From: Marispirochaeta sp.
GTDB lineage: Bacteria; Spirochaetota; Spirochaetia; JC444; Marispirochaetaceae
Length of the DNA: 64,000 nt
Reading direction: 5' to 3'
NCBI GenBank assembly: GCA_963676835.2
Contig: CAXXFF010000002.1
Span: forward strand, 480,001-544,000
Below are positions 17,583-28,700 of this stretch, in pieces. The notes under the pieces are model-generated. The model saw nothing but the letters and a program-made list of their open reading frames with translations. It did not search any database and was not told where the DNA came from. The position numbers and the translations under genes are program-made. Position 1 is the first letter of the stretch. Each line of letters opens with the position of its first letter.

Positions 17583-19800
17583 GTCCCAGAAGCAGCAGAA
17601 AAAGATAGATTCCGCCGAAAAACAGCAGAGAAAGAATAATCCAGAAAATCCCATGCCCCTCAGCTGCCTGATAGAACAGAGTGGCCACAATCCATCCCAT
17701 AAGAGTGTGATACACCGCAAAGAGAATGGTATACAGGGTACCGATTTCCCTGAAAACCGTGGCAATAACTGCCAGACAGGGAAAGTAGACCAGAACAAAC
17801 AGCAGATACGCATAAGCCTGGGCCGGGGTAAAATGGCGCTGAAGCAGGACAAAACTGCGGGGATCCTGCTGATCCTCCTGGCCGAATCCAAGGGCACTCA
17901 TAATGCCCTGCGGGATTGAAAGAAGAGAATCGGCAATACCACCGAGAAGAGAATAGCTCTCCTCTTCTGCATCCTCAGCTGCTTCTCCCGCAGGATCCAT
18001 CTGCCCGTACAGTCCATTGATGGTTCCCACAATGGATTCCTTGGCGAAAACTCCGGTAAAAAGCCCTACTGCGGCGGGCCAGTTGTCCCGTTCAACCCCC
18101 ATGGGTGCGAAAACCGGCGTAAGCCCCTTGCCGATGGCAGCCATTACAGAGTTTTCCTTATCCTGATTTCCGATACTGCCGTCCATTCCGAAGCTGCTTA
18201 AGAATCCCAGCAAAAGCACCGCCAGAATAATGACCTTACCCGCCCGGAAGATGAAATCCTTCAGTCTCAGCCAGGTATGCAGCAGAATATGCCTGAACCG
18301 CGGGCTGTGATAGGGAGGAAGCTCCATAATCAGATGGCTCACCTCTCCCCGAAAGGCGGAGGTGCGGAAAATAAAGCCGGTAATAATTGCCAGAACAATT
18401 CCTATAAAGTAGAGGGAAAAGACGATCAGACCGGCAAACTCTCCAAAGAAGGCAGACGCAAACAGAGCATATACCGGAAGGCGGGCGCCGCATGACATAA
18501 GAGGCGACATGAAAATCGTCATAATCCGGTCTTTGCGGGAGTCCAGGGTTCGGGTCGCCAACACCGCCGGCACCGTACAGCCGAAGCCAACCAGCATGGG
18601 AACAAAAGCCTTCCCCGGCAGACCGATATAGCGCATAAAACGGTCCATAATAAAGGCCGCCCGGGACATGTACCCTGAGTCTTCCAGAATGGAAAGCATA
18701 AGAAAAAGGAAGAAGATAACCGGTACAAAGGTAGCCACCGTCTGAATACCGGCACCGATGCCGTCAGCAAGGAGGGCAACCAGAAACGGAGGAGCATGAA
18801 GGGCGGTAAGAAGCAGTCCGAATCCGTCGACAAAAATTGTTCCCGTAAGAATGTCAAAGAAATCTATAAATGCCCCGCCCAGAGATATGGAAAGCCAGAA
18901 AACAAGGTACATTGCCAGGGCAAAGAGGGGAACACCAAGAACAGGGTTCATAACAACATGGTCAATCCTGTCGGTGAGACTCTCTTTTTCAACAGTTCTG
19001 GTAATAACTTCTTTTATTACTCCCCGGATAAGCCCATAACGGGCATTGGCCACCACCACATCGGGAGCATCCCGCAGAATAGAGGTTACCTGCTGGATTT
19101 TCCCTTCAACCTCTTCGGTGGTTATCCACCCTTTTTTCATCTCCCTGGGGGTGAGAATCTCATCCTCTTCAAGAAGCTTGACTGCGGTCCAGCGGGGCTG
19201 CCGGGTATCAGGATCGGCCGCCAGAATCCGGGGCGTCCACTCACGAATAACATCCTCAACCTCGTTGGGATATTTTACCTCAACCTCGGAAGGCGCAGCC
19301 TTATCCGGACCATTCAGGGCAGCCCGGATCCCCTGCATAAGAGTTTCCACTGCATCCGGGCTGGTGGCGGAAACCTTCATTGCAGACAAGCCTAAATGAG
19401 TACTCAAGTGTCTTTCATCAATGGACAACCCCTGGGCTTCAGCAAGGTCGTGCATGTTAAGAGCAAGAATTGAGGGAATCCCCATCTCCATCAGCTGGGT
19501 TGTCAGATAGAGATTCCGTTCAAGGTTGGTGGAGTCCAGAATATTTACAGCAAGATCAAAATTACCGGCGTTGAGAAAATTCCGGCTTACCCGTTCATCA
19601 TCCGTTTTGGCAGAAAGGCCGTAGATTCCGGGGAGATCGACAAAAAGAAAAGTATCGTCCCCCTCCTTCCGGGCACCTTCTACCAGATCAACCGTTACGC
19701 CCGGCCAGTTGCCTATTCGCTGGGAACTGCCGGTAAGTGCATTAAAAAGGGTGGTCTTCCCGCTGTTGGGGTTACCTACCAGTGCAATAGTATATTTCAT
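17554..19800 (-). CDS. feoB: ferrous iron transporter B
   Basis: GNPNSGKTT, GNWPGVTV, DLPG, LEDSGYM, GFGC.VP, MELPPY. Confidence 0.96.
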   Translation of the reverse strand: MKYTIALVGNPNSGKTTLFNALTGSSQRIGNWPGVTVDLVEGARKEGDDTFLFVDLPGIYGLSAKTDDERVSRNFLNAGNFDLAVNILDSTNLERNLYLTTQLMEMGIPSILALNMHDLAEAQGLSIDERHLSTHLGLSAMKVSATSPDAVETLMQGIRAALNGPDKAAPSEVEVKYPNEVEDVIREWTPRILAADPDTRQPRWTAVKLLEEDEILTPREMKKGWITTEEVEGKIQQVTSILRDAPDVVVANARYGLIRGVIKEVITRTVEKESLTDRIDHVVMNPVLGVPLFALAMYLVFWLSISLGGAFIDFFDILTGTIFVDGFGLLLTALHAPPFLVALLADGIGAGIQTVATFVPVIFFLFLMLSILEDSGYMSRAAFIMDRFMRYIGLPGKAFVPMLVGFGCTVPAVLATRTLDSRKDRIMTIFMSPLMSCGARLPVYALFASAFFGEFAGLIVFSLYFIGIVLAIITGFIFRTSAFRGEVSHLIMELPPYHSPRFRHILLHTWLRLKDFIFRAGKVIILAVLLLGFLSSFGMDGSIGNQDKENSVMAAIGKGLTPVFAPMGVERDNWPAAVGLFTGVFAKESIVGTINGLYGQMDPAGEAAEDAEEESYSLLGGIADSLLSIPQGIMSALGFGQEDQQDPRSFVLLQRHFTPAQAYAYLLFVLVYFPCLAVIATVFREIGTLYTILFAVYHTLMGWIVATLFYQAAEGHGIFWIILSLLFFGGIYLFLLLLGLKKSPSPAE

Positions 19801-19810
19801 GGCTTTCCTG

Positions 19811-20089
19811 CTACTGCTCTGTTGTTGAGGAATCCTCGCTTACAAGGATGTGACTGGCAATACCCTGGCCGAGCATTACCTTGGAGGTCTTTACCATAAG
19901 CACGAAGGGCAGCCCTTTTCCGCCGCGGACAATTTTAACCTGTTCCCCGGGAACAATTCCCAGATCCAGCAACCTCTGGCGCATGCCTTTGCCGCCGCGG
20001 AAGGTTTGAACAGTCACCGTCTTGCCTGCGGAGACTTCTGAGAGGGGCCACATTTGCTGCTCCATTGCCTGATGTACACCGGACTTCAT
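19811..20089 (-). CDS. feoA: ferrous iron transport protein A
   Basis: RLLDLGIVPG, upstream of feoB; start may be 20065. Confidence 0.9.
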   Translation of the reverse strand: MKSGVHQAMEQQMWPLSEVSAGKTVTVQTFRGGKGMRQRLLDLGIVPGEQVKIVRGGKGLPFVLMVKTSKVMLGQGIASHILVSEDSSTTEQ

Positions 20090-20189
20090 TATTAGGCCTG
20101 CCTATCTTGCTTCGGATAATCTATTATCTTCAATATACTGATATTTTGTCAATTATCCACAGTTTTCGGGGAAGAAATTTTAATGCGTA

Positions 20190-21443
20190 TTAATACAGTT
20201 TCTGAAGCTCTTCCGCGATGATCTCAATTCCCCGCTGTACATCATCCGGGTTCTGGGCATAACTCAGCCGCAGGCATTCATCGCGGTGCGTCCAGGGGTC
20301 ATCATTGCCGAAAAAGAAATAGCTCCCCGGAATAACCAGCACCCGGCGCTTTTTCAGCCGCTGGTAAAGTTCCATGCTGGTTATGGGAAGCTCTTTCATC
20401 CACAGCCAGAGGAAGATTGAGCCCTCACACTGATGCAGTGCATAAGGGAGCCCCTGAAAAGCCTGATCGATATACCCTTGAGTCTGCAGAGATTTCGCCT
20501 GATAAAAGGGACGTACCACTTCCCTGCTCAACTTCAACAGCCCTCCGTCGGTAAGAAGGGGTGCTGTTATTACCTGGCCGATGCTGGAGTTTGAGAGACT
20601 CACAATGGCGTTCACTCCGGAAAAGGCTTCGATAATCTCCTTTGAAGCAACAACGATTCCGGTTCTCGATCCGGGAAGACCGATTTTTGAGAGACTCATA
20701 CTGAGAATGATATGCTCATCCCATATCGGTTTTGTTTCGGAAAAAATAATATTGGGAAAAGGCGCTCCATAGGCGTTATCCACGATAAGAGGAATGCCGG
20801 TATCCCGGGCAAGCTTTGACAGCATTGCCAGTTCATCATCGGTAATAACATTGCCCGTGGGATTGGTAGGACGGGAAACACAGATGGCGCCGATATCCGG
20901 AGTAACTTCAAGGTTGTGGATATCCGGATGGTACTTGAAGCGGTTACCGGGAAGTTCTTCAATTCTTGATTTTCTGGCGGAGAAGATTCCCGGCTCAATA
21001 CCCTGGTCGGCATAGCCGATATACTCCGGAAGCACCGGCAGCATAATCCGCTTCAGCATGCCCTTTTCATCGGTACCGCCGAACATATTAAATAAAAAGA
21101 AGAACGCACTCTGACTGCCGTTGGTTACCGCAATATTCTCAGGCCCTATGTTCCAGCCGTACTCTGTCCTCAGCATCTCTGCCAAAGCAGTGAGAAAACT
21201 CTCCTTGCCTCTGGGCGTATCGTAATTGGCAACCATCTGTTCAAACTCACGACCGTTGGAGAGAACCTCCTCCATCCGGTTCCGCCAGAGGCTGTTTACC
21301 TCGGGAATATGGGCCGGGTTTCCCCCGCCGAGCATATAGACCTTCTCTTGTGTCTGCATCGCCGCGCCCAGGTCCTCCATTAGCTCATTTATCCCTGAGG
21401 GGGAAGAGAACTGCTGACCAAAACGTGACATGGAAAAACTCAT
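20190..21443 (-). CDS. avtA: valine-pyruvate aminotransferase (PLP)
   Basis: LMEDL..MLGGGNPA, TNGSQ, PEYIGY, SRPTNPTG, DNAYG, SLSKIGLPG.R.G; AGGAGG before ATG 21443. Confidence 0.92.
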   Translation of the reverse strand: MSFSMSRFGQQFSSPSGINELMEDLGAAMQTQEKVYMLGGGNPAHIPEVNSLWRNRMEEVLSNGREFEQMVANYDTPRGKESFLTALAEMLRTEYGWNIGPENIAVTNGSQSAFFFLFNMFGGTDEKGMLKRIMLPVLPEYIGYADQGIEPGIFSARKSRIEELPGNRFKYHPDIHNLEVTPDIGAICVSRPTNPTGNVITDDELAMLSKLARDTGIPLIVDNAYGAPFPNIIFSETKPIWDEHIILSMSLSKIGLPGSRTGIVVASKEIIEAFSGVNAIVSLSNSSIGQVITAPLLTDGGLLKLSREVVRPFYQAKSLQTQGYIDQAFQGLPYALHQCEGSIFLWLWMKELPITSMELYQRLKKRRVLVIPGSYFFFGNDDPWTHRDECLRLSYAQNPDDVQRGIEIIAEELQKLY

Positions 21444-21557
21444 AGAAGGGGCCTCCTGGTGCCGGCTGTTGTACATTAGTGTAACATATCAGGCCTGCTA
21501 AAATAAACCGAGCCCCTCCGGCTTGCCTTATATCCGGCCGGCATGAGACTATAGCCT

Positions 21558-21980
21558 ATGGACAGTCAGTCAGTACGCAGCTGGATCGAAAACGAGGGGG
21601 AATTCAGCTTCTCCCGCTCCGCCGGGCCGGGAGGGCAGAACGTAAACAAACTCAACACCAAAGTCACCCTCAGCCTCGACCTGAGTAGGGTCCCGGGCCT
21701 CTCTGAGAGCGAACTTGCCTTGCTGCAGAAAAAACTGCAGAGCCGCATCAGCGGAGAGCAGAAACTGGTTCTTCAGGTTCAGGATACCCGCAGTCAGGGG
21801 CGAAACCGTGAAATTGCCGTCCTGCGGGCAATGGAAATCATAGCTTTGGCCCTGGTAAAGCGTAAAAAGCGCAAACCAACCCGCCCTACCGCCTCATCAA
21901 AAACCCGGAGGCTGGATAAAAAGAAGCAGCGGGGCAGTATAAAAAAATCACGCAAAAATCCCGGTCCCGATTCATGGTAA
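21558..21980 (+). CDS. arfB: alternative ribosome rescue peptidyl-tRNA hydrolase
   Basis: SRSAGPGGQNVNK, RSQ.RN, basic C-terminal tail RKPTRP. Confidence 0.93.
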   Translation: MDSQSVRSWIENEGEFSFSRSAGPGGQNVNKLNTKVTLSLDLSRVPGLSESELALLQKKLQSRISGEQKLVLQVQDTRSQGRNREIAVLRAMEIIALALVKRKKRKPTRPTASSKTRRLDKKKQRGSIKKSRKNPGPDSW

Positions 21981-22111
21981 ATAGTCCTGCTGAATAAGTA
22001 ACATTTTTTCTTCCTTCAAGACATACATTACCTGTGCACATTTTACAGAAATCTAATTGCTGCCGGGGTATCCGCTGTGTATATTATGCACTACACTGAC
22101 CGTGGAAAAGT

Positions 22112-22128
22112 TAACGATCGGTCGGTTA
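22112..22128. promoter_or_regulatory. candidate TetR operator
   Basis: imperfect palindrome TAACGATCGGTCGGTTA just upstream of the TetR gene and RND operon. Confidence 0.5.
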
Positions 22129-22155
22129 CTTGATTATTTCAACAAACAAAGAAGT

Positions 22156-23394
22156 ATGGAAAAAAGAGAAATTCTTGAAGCTGCCTTCAACCAGTGGCAG
22201 CACAACATGTTTATCCACACCAGTCTCACCCCGGTAGCGGAAGAACTGAAGGTAACCAAGGCAGCCATCTACCGTCATTTCTCCAGCAAGAAATCCCTGG
22301 AGCAGGCAATGGAGGAACTTTTTGCCTCCGACTACCGCCTTGCTTCTCCGACTATTCTGTCGTTCCCGGAAAAGGTGAAAGGGGAAAATAGCCGAAAAGG
22401 AGATTCTGAAATATCCAGCCTTTTTCTTGAGGAGTATACCAGGGGGCTGACTGACTTTCTTTCTGCACATCCAGGATACATCCGCTTTATGACCGCCCGG
22501 CTTTTTCATAGCGATTCAGTGGATAAACTCCTGTTCAAAGAGACCTTCTTCCATGAAGCGGAACAGATTATCCACTGGTTTCGCACAAGCGGAATGGAGG
22601 AATCACTTGCAATCCGCACTATCCGGTATTTCTATACCCACCTGCTTGGATTCTCCCTGCTTCTGCTGAAAAACGGCAAAAAGGAGTCAGAAATCCCCGG
22701 ATACGCGGGAGTTATTACAAGCTCCTTCCTCCAGGGATTCAGCGCTTCCGCAGATACCCGGCCCGATTTTACCGCGGCGGAGGTGGAAATATCAGTCAAG
22801 CCGGAAGATCTGCCCAGGAATAACCGTATTATCGATTCCCTGCTCGCCGTAGTCAGCCGCGACGGCTTAAAGAATGCAAGTCTCAGTAAAATTGCCGATG
22901 AGGCAGGATACTCAAAAAGTACCCTCTACTCATTCTTCAAGAACAAGGACGAGATGCTTTTCAGCCTCTTTTCCGAACATGCCGCCGCCTTTGATACCCT
23001 TTATCGCAGATTCTGCGGCAGGGAATACAGTTTTCAGGAACGGGTCTACCGGCTTATTGTTCTGCTTCACCGCTATCTGGTGCGGAATGAATCCTTCCTT
23101 ATTACCCTGCACTGGATGCGTTTTCAGAACCTGCATATAGAGACCAGCAATAGAAACAGATGGAAAGAAAGTCTGCCCGAGTTTTTCAGTCTTCCCGAAG
23201 AGAGGGGCTGCAGAAACTTCGGGCTTAAGCCCGCATCATTAATGAACCTGCTCTGGGTTCAGATGATCCGGGAAATACTGGAACTTACCCGTGCCGGAAA
23301 CCTCGTTGAGGTTAAGGACGGAGATAATAGTGAACAATTACGCAATCTTTACCGCATATTCTGCCATGGAGCAGAAGATTTTTTCAGGAGTTGA
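22156..23394 (+). CDS. tandem (double-domain) TetR/AcrR-family regulator
   Basis: two HTHs: VAEELKVTKAAIYRHFSSK and IADEAGYSKSTLYSFFKNKDE. Confidence 0.85.
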   Translation: MEKREILEAAFNQWQHNMFIHTSLTPVAEELKVTKAAIYRHFSSKKSLEQAMEELFASDYRLASPTILSFPEKVKGENSRKGDSEISSLFLEEYTRGLTDFLSAHPGYIRFMTARLFHSDSVDKLLFKETFFHEAEQIIHWFRTSGMEESLAIRTIRYFYTHLLGFSLLLLKNGKKESEIPGYAGVITSSFLQGFSASADTRPDFTAAEVEISVKPEDLPRNNRIIDSLLAVVSRDGLKNASLSKIADEAGYSKSTLYSFFKNKDEMLFSLFSEHAAAFDTLYRRFCGREYSFQERVYRLIVLLHRYLVRNESFLITLHWMRFQNLHIETSNRNRWKESLPEFFSLPEERGCRNFGLKPASLMNLLWVQMIREILELTRAGNLVEVKDGDNSEQLRNLYRIFCHGAEDFFRS

Positions 23395-23397
23395 ATA

Positions 23398-24792
23398 ATG
23401 AAAACAGTTTGCCGATCAGCAGGAATTCTCACTGTGCTGTTGTTTGTCCTCACCACCGGACTTTTCTCCCAGCCCCTCCCTCTGGAGAGGGAAGATATTG
23501 ATAAACTCATCGGTGAAGACCTCACCATTGCCGATGCTGACAGCTATTCTCTTACTGTTGAAGAAGCAGTTGAGTTGGCGCTGGAAAACAACCTGAGCCT
23601 GGTCAGTGAGGCGGCTTCTCTGCGAACGGATAAGCGCACCATGGATACCGCCTGGAATGTACTTATCCCCTCGGTCAGGGCAACATCAACCCTCACACGC
23701 TTCAGCGATGAGGTGGGTGTGGCACCCAACACCTACATGGGAACCCTCTCAGCCGGGGTGAACTTCTCCCTTACCCTTACCCCCCAGCTCTGGTACGCAT
23801 TCCGGGCAACCATGTACAACTACGAGCAGGGACAACTTGCCCAGGAAGATGCCCGTCTGGAGATTGCCACCAATGTAAAGAAGCAGTTCTACACCCTGCT
23901 GACCCTGCAGGAACAGATCAAGATTCTGGAACAGCAGCAGCGCTCCTACGAAAAGCGCTTTGATCAGGCTTCCACCAACTACGATTTTGGTCTTGCCGAT
24001 GAGTATACAAAACTGAGCGCCCAGGTGGCCCTGGAAAACTTCAAGCCCCAGGTGGAGATTGCCCGGGACGGATATGAGCAGGCAATTCTGGGCTTCAAGC
24101 TGAGTCTGGGTATCAACCTGAACTCTGAACTTAACCTGAATGGAAAAATTGAGATTACCCCCCGCACCTACAACGCGGAAAAACTCATCGACAGCTATAT
24201 TCTCAACCGGCTGGATATTCAGACCCTGGTCTCCAGCCTTAACAGCCTGGATAACTCACGGAAGCTTGCCTTCTCCGGCTATCTACCTTCCCTTACCCTG
24301 GGCTACGCACTGGATCAGGATCTCTCCGGCGACCCCTGGAGTGATTTTTCCCTTTCTCCGGGAGACTGGGAAGACGGTTCAAGCCATCAGGTTCTCTCCC
24401 TGACCCTCTCCATGAGTCTCAGTGAATTCCTCCCGGTGTCCAGCACCAGTAACGGTATCAAAGAGATTGATGATTCCCGGGAAGCCCTCAGGGCAACCCT
24501 TGCCCAGGCCCTTCAGGGGGCGGAACTTGAGATACTGACCGCGGTTCAGACAGTTAATAAGTCGGTTCAGGTTATCAAGGCCAAGGAACTGAATGTTGAA
24601 CTTGCCCAGCGGGCCTACCAGTTAGCGGAGGAATCCTATAATGCCGGCGGCATGTCCCTCCTGGATGTGGAAGATGCGGAGGACAAGCTCCAGGAAGCCC
24701 GCTTCGATCTCCTCAGCGAGAAGGTAAATTATATCAGCGGTATTGTTGACCTTGAGTCAGCAATAAACCGCTCCGTGGACGATGTGGAATAA
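23398..24792 (+). CDS. TolC-family outer-membrane efflux protein
   Basis: signal peptide, LTVEEAVELALENN, two helical repeats, position in RND operon. Confidence 0.87.
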   Translation: MKTVCRSAGILTVLLFVLTTGLFSQPLPLEREDIDKLIGEDLTIADADSYSLTVEEAVELALENNLSLVSEAASLRTDKRTMDTAWNVLIPSVRATSTLTRFSDEVGVAPNTYMGTLSAGVNFSLTLTPQLWYAFRATMYNYEQGQLAQEDARLEIATNVKKQFYTLLTLQEQIKILEQQQRSYEKRFDQASTNYDFGLADEYTKLSAQVALENFKPQVEIARDGYEQAILGFKLSLGINLNSELNLNGKIEITPRTYNAEKLIDSYILNRLDIQTLVSSLNSLDNSRKLAFSGYLPSLTLGYALDQDLSGDPWSDFSLSPGDWEDGSSHQVLSLTLSMSLSEFLPVSSTSNGIKEIDDSREALRATLAQALQGAELEILTAVQTVNKSVQVIKAKELNVELAQRAYQLAEESYNAGGMSLLDVEDAEDKLQEARFDLLSEKVNYISGIVDLESAINRSVDDVE

Positions 24793-24804
24793 GGAAGGAT
24801 TACC

Positions 24805-25734
24805 ATGAAAAAAAGAACTCTGATACCAATCCTGACAGCAGCAGCCCTGCTTATTCTGATCTCGGGCTGTCAACGACCCGGACAGAAGCCCGGTGGGGGA
24901 GATGAAGAAGATACGGTATTTGCGGTCAACACCACCACCGCAGTAAAGGGGCAGCTCTTTGACTATCTTGAGATAAACGGCGATATTGTTGCCCAGTCCA
25001 GTGTTGATGTCTATGCGGATACCACCGGCAAGCTCTCCCGGCTCAATGTAAAGGTAGGAGACTACGTCTCTAAGAACCAGGTTATTGCAGAAGTTGACCC
25101 TTCCCGCCCGGGGCAGACCTTTGCTGCCAGCCCGGTAAAAACCCCCATTGCGGGAACAATCACCAGCATTCCCGGGGACATCGGCGCGGTAATTTCCACG
25201 GCAGTTCCGGTGGCCACGGTCAGCAAGGTTGACAGCCTGGAAATTTCCACCGGTATCGCTGAACGCTACATTTCCCGCATACAGACAGGTCAGCAGGCCC
25301 TGGTGGAGCTCGAGGCATACCCGGATATCCGCTTTACCGCCTATGTCAGCGAAGTCAGCCCCGTGGTTGATCCCCTTACCCGGACCATGGCAGTAACCCT
25401 CGCATTCAATAAACAGGACAGCCGCATAAAGGCGGGCATGTTCGCCAAGGTAAAAATAATCGTCCAGGAGAAAACAGAGACGGTCAAAATCCCTCAGGAG
25501 TGTATGGTTACCAGAGAAGATGCTCCGGTTGTTTTTGTGGTTGGTGAAAATGATCAGGTTATAGCCCGGCCCATAACCCCCGGTATTCAGATAGATAATA
25601 AACTTGAAGTTCTCGATGGAATCAGCCCGGGAGAAACGGTGGTTATCCGGGGTCAGACACTGCTGGAAGACGGGGCAAAGATACGGGTGATCGATACCAT
25701 AGAACCCCTTCCAGATACCGACACCATCCGTTAG
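24805..25734 (+). CDS. RND periplasmic adaptor (MFP) lipoprotein
   Basis: lipobox ISGC; VKVGDYV, PIAGTI, VSPVVD..TRT, GMF. Confidence 0.92.
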   Translation: MKKRTLIPILTAAALLILISGCQRPGQKPGGGDEEDTVFAVNTTTAVKGQLFDYLEINGDIVAQSSVDVYADTTGKLSRLNVKVGDYVSKNQVIAEVDPSRPGQTFAASPVKTPIAGTITSIPGDIGAVISTAVPVATVSKVDSLEISTGIAERYISRIQTGQQALVELEAYPDIRFTAYVSEVSPVVDPLTRTMAVTLAFNKQDSRIKAGMFAKVKIIVQEKTETVKIPQECMVTREDAPVVFVVGENDQVIARPITPGIQIDNKLEVLDGISPGETVVIRGQTLLEDGAKIRVIDTIEPLPDTDTIR

Positions 25735-25746
25735 GGCGGTTTTACC

Positions 25747-28700
25747 ATGAGTGTTACAAAATCAGTAGTAAACCGCCCCACCACGGTAGCAATTATCTTT
25801 GTGCTTCTTATAGCCCTGGGTTTTTATGCCGTAACCGACCTGGCAATCGATCTGTATCCCGAAATTGAACCGCCGGTACTGCTCCTCTTTACCGATTACT
25901 CCGGGGCAGGTCCCGAAGAGGTTGAAAAGAGCGTTACCCGTCCCCTGGAAGGGGGACTGAGCAATGTAGGCAACATCGAGAATATTACCTCCACCTCTGC
26001 CGAAGGCAACAGCATGATCCAGATAGAGTTTACCTGGGGAACCGATATGGCCGAGGCCGCCAACGATGTGAGGGACAAGCTGGAGATGGTAAAAAGCTAT
26101 CTGCCCGATGAAGCTTCAGCACCGCAGATATTCAAGTTTGATCCCTCCATGATTCCGATCCTCTATCTGAATGTTTCCGGCAACCGGACCCCGGAGGACC
26201 TGCGGGAAATTGCAGAGAAGATTATTCAGCCCCGGCTTGAGCAGGTTGAAGGCGTGGCCCTTGTGAGCATCTCCGGCGGACGGGAACGGAAAATCAGGGT
26301 GGAGATACCCCAGAACCGGCTGGAAGCCTATAATCTGACACTGACCCAGATTCAGTCCATGATCATGGGCCAGAATGTATCCCTGTCAGGGGGCTCCATC
26401 GGCGAGGGCAACATCAATTACCTTATCAGCACCGCCGGAGAGTACACCTCCATCGACGAAATAAAGAACACCGTAATTGCCTATAAAAGCGGATCCTCCA
26501 TTCCCACAACTGCTACGGGGAATCCCACCCGTACCGTCCGGCTGGGAGACATTGCCAGGGTATACGACGGCTATGAGGACGAAACCAACGCCATCTTTAT
26601 TAACGGACAATCCGGCGTTTACCTGACGGTACAGAAGCAGAGCGGGACCAACTCGGTACAGACCTCTGACAACGTCCACGAGAGGATTGAGCAGATCAAT
26701 TCGGAACTGCCTTCAGGTGTACAGATTACCGTTCTCTACGATACAACCAAGATTATCCGGGCCTCCCTGAAGCAGGTCTCCAGCTCCGCCATTGTCGGCG
26801 GTCTTCTGGCAATCCTCATTCTGCTGCTCTTTCTGCGCAGTTTTAAAACAACCCTGATAATCGGACTTACCATTCCCATCTCCTTCATCATTACTCTTAT
26901 GCTGATGTATTTTGCCGGGCTCACCCTCAATATTATGACTCTCTCAGGCCTTGCCCTGGGAATCGGAATGCTTGTGGATAACTCCATTGTTATTCTGGAA
27001 AACATCTACCGCTACCGGGAAAAGGGGGCAAAACTTTCAACCTCGGCAATCATCGGAACCCGGGAGATGATCAACGCAATTGTCGCCTCCACCCTTACCA
27101 CCATCTGCGTCTTCGCACCCCTGGCCATTTTCAAATCCCAGCTGAAGATGATCGGAGAGCTCTTTGCGGGGCTCTCCTTTACGGTTGTAATCTCGCTTAT
27201 CAGCTCATTATTTGTCGCCATGTTTCTGGTGCCGGTGCTCTCAAGCAAGTATCTTCCCATCCGCTCCAACCGGCAGCGGCCCAGGAGGGGATTCAGTAAA
27301 TCCCTGGACAGTGTCATGGCAGGCTTTTTCAACGGCCTGGACAACATGTACAAAAACGGACTGAGGCGGGTTCTGCGCCGCCGTAAAACAACCATAGCGG
27401 TGGTGCTGGTAATCTTTCTGGGAAGTCTCGGACTGCTGGCCTTCGGCTCCTTTGAGTTCATGCCCTCCATGGACGAAGACATGATCAGCCTCAGTGTCGA
27501 ACTGCCCCTAGGTACCGACCTTGATGTGACCAAGTCAGTAATGCGCCAGCTTGAATCCGTTGCGGAAGAGGAGATTCAGGGATACTCAAGCCTGATAGTC
27601 TCCTCGGGAGAAAGAAGCTTCTTCGGATTTCTGGGCGGAATTCAGACCCACAAAGGTTCACTGACTATTTCCCTGCCGCCGTACGAAGAACGGATAATGA
27701 CCTCAACAGAAGTCAAAGAGGTTCTCCGTTCTCACTTCAACGAGTTCCCCTCGGTGGTATTTGAATTTGAGTCCGGCGGCATGGGCGGCGGCAGCGGTTC
27801 CCCCATTGATATCCTGATCAAAACCGATGATATGGATCTGGGCAAGGAGACCGCCCACCGTATCCGCCAGCTAATTCAGGACGAGATCCCGGAAATAACC
27901 GAACCGGTGGTATCCCTCCAGGAGGGACTTCCCCAGCTCGATATCGTGGTGGACCGGGAGCGGGCCTACAACCTCGGCCTTACCATGGCTTCTGTCGGTG
28001 CGGAAATCCGGGCCAATATCAACGGAGCAACCGCCTCGCAGTACAACGATCAGGGCAATGAGTATGATATTCTGGTAATCCTCGACGAGCAGGACCGGGA
28101 TGAGATTCCCGACCTGAACAAAATCTTTGTCGTCAGTTCCCTGGGTCAGCGAATACCGCTTTCGAGTTTTGCCGACACCCGCAAGACCACCGGTCCTGTG
28201 AGCATCAACCGGGAGAACCAGACCAGAACAATTCATGTACAGGGAGGTCTTGCCCCCAAGGCCCAGCTTCAGAAAGTTGAACTCCAGCTGCGCAAGGCCA
28301 TTGCAGAGAAAATCCCGGTTAATGAAAATGTGGTTATAGAGTTCTCCGGAGATTACGCGGACCTGATGGAATACGGGGTCAAGTTTGTAATTATTCTTAT
28401 AATCAGTATCCTGCTGGTTTTCGGAGTAATGGCCAGTCAGTTTGAATCCTTTCTGGATCCCTTCATTATCTTCTTCACTATCCCGCTGGTCCTTACAGGA
28501 GTTATCATCATCTATATTGTTACGGGCCAGAGCTTCAGTATCTTTACCGCCGTCGGTCTGGTTATGCTGGTCGGTATTGTGGTGAACAACGGTATTGTAC
28601 TGGTGGACTATACCAACCTTCTGCGCAAACGGGGGCTTCCGGTAATTGATGCCTGTATTGAGGCAGGAGGAAACCGTCTGCGTCCCATTCTCATGACGAC

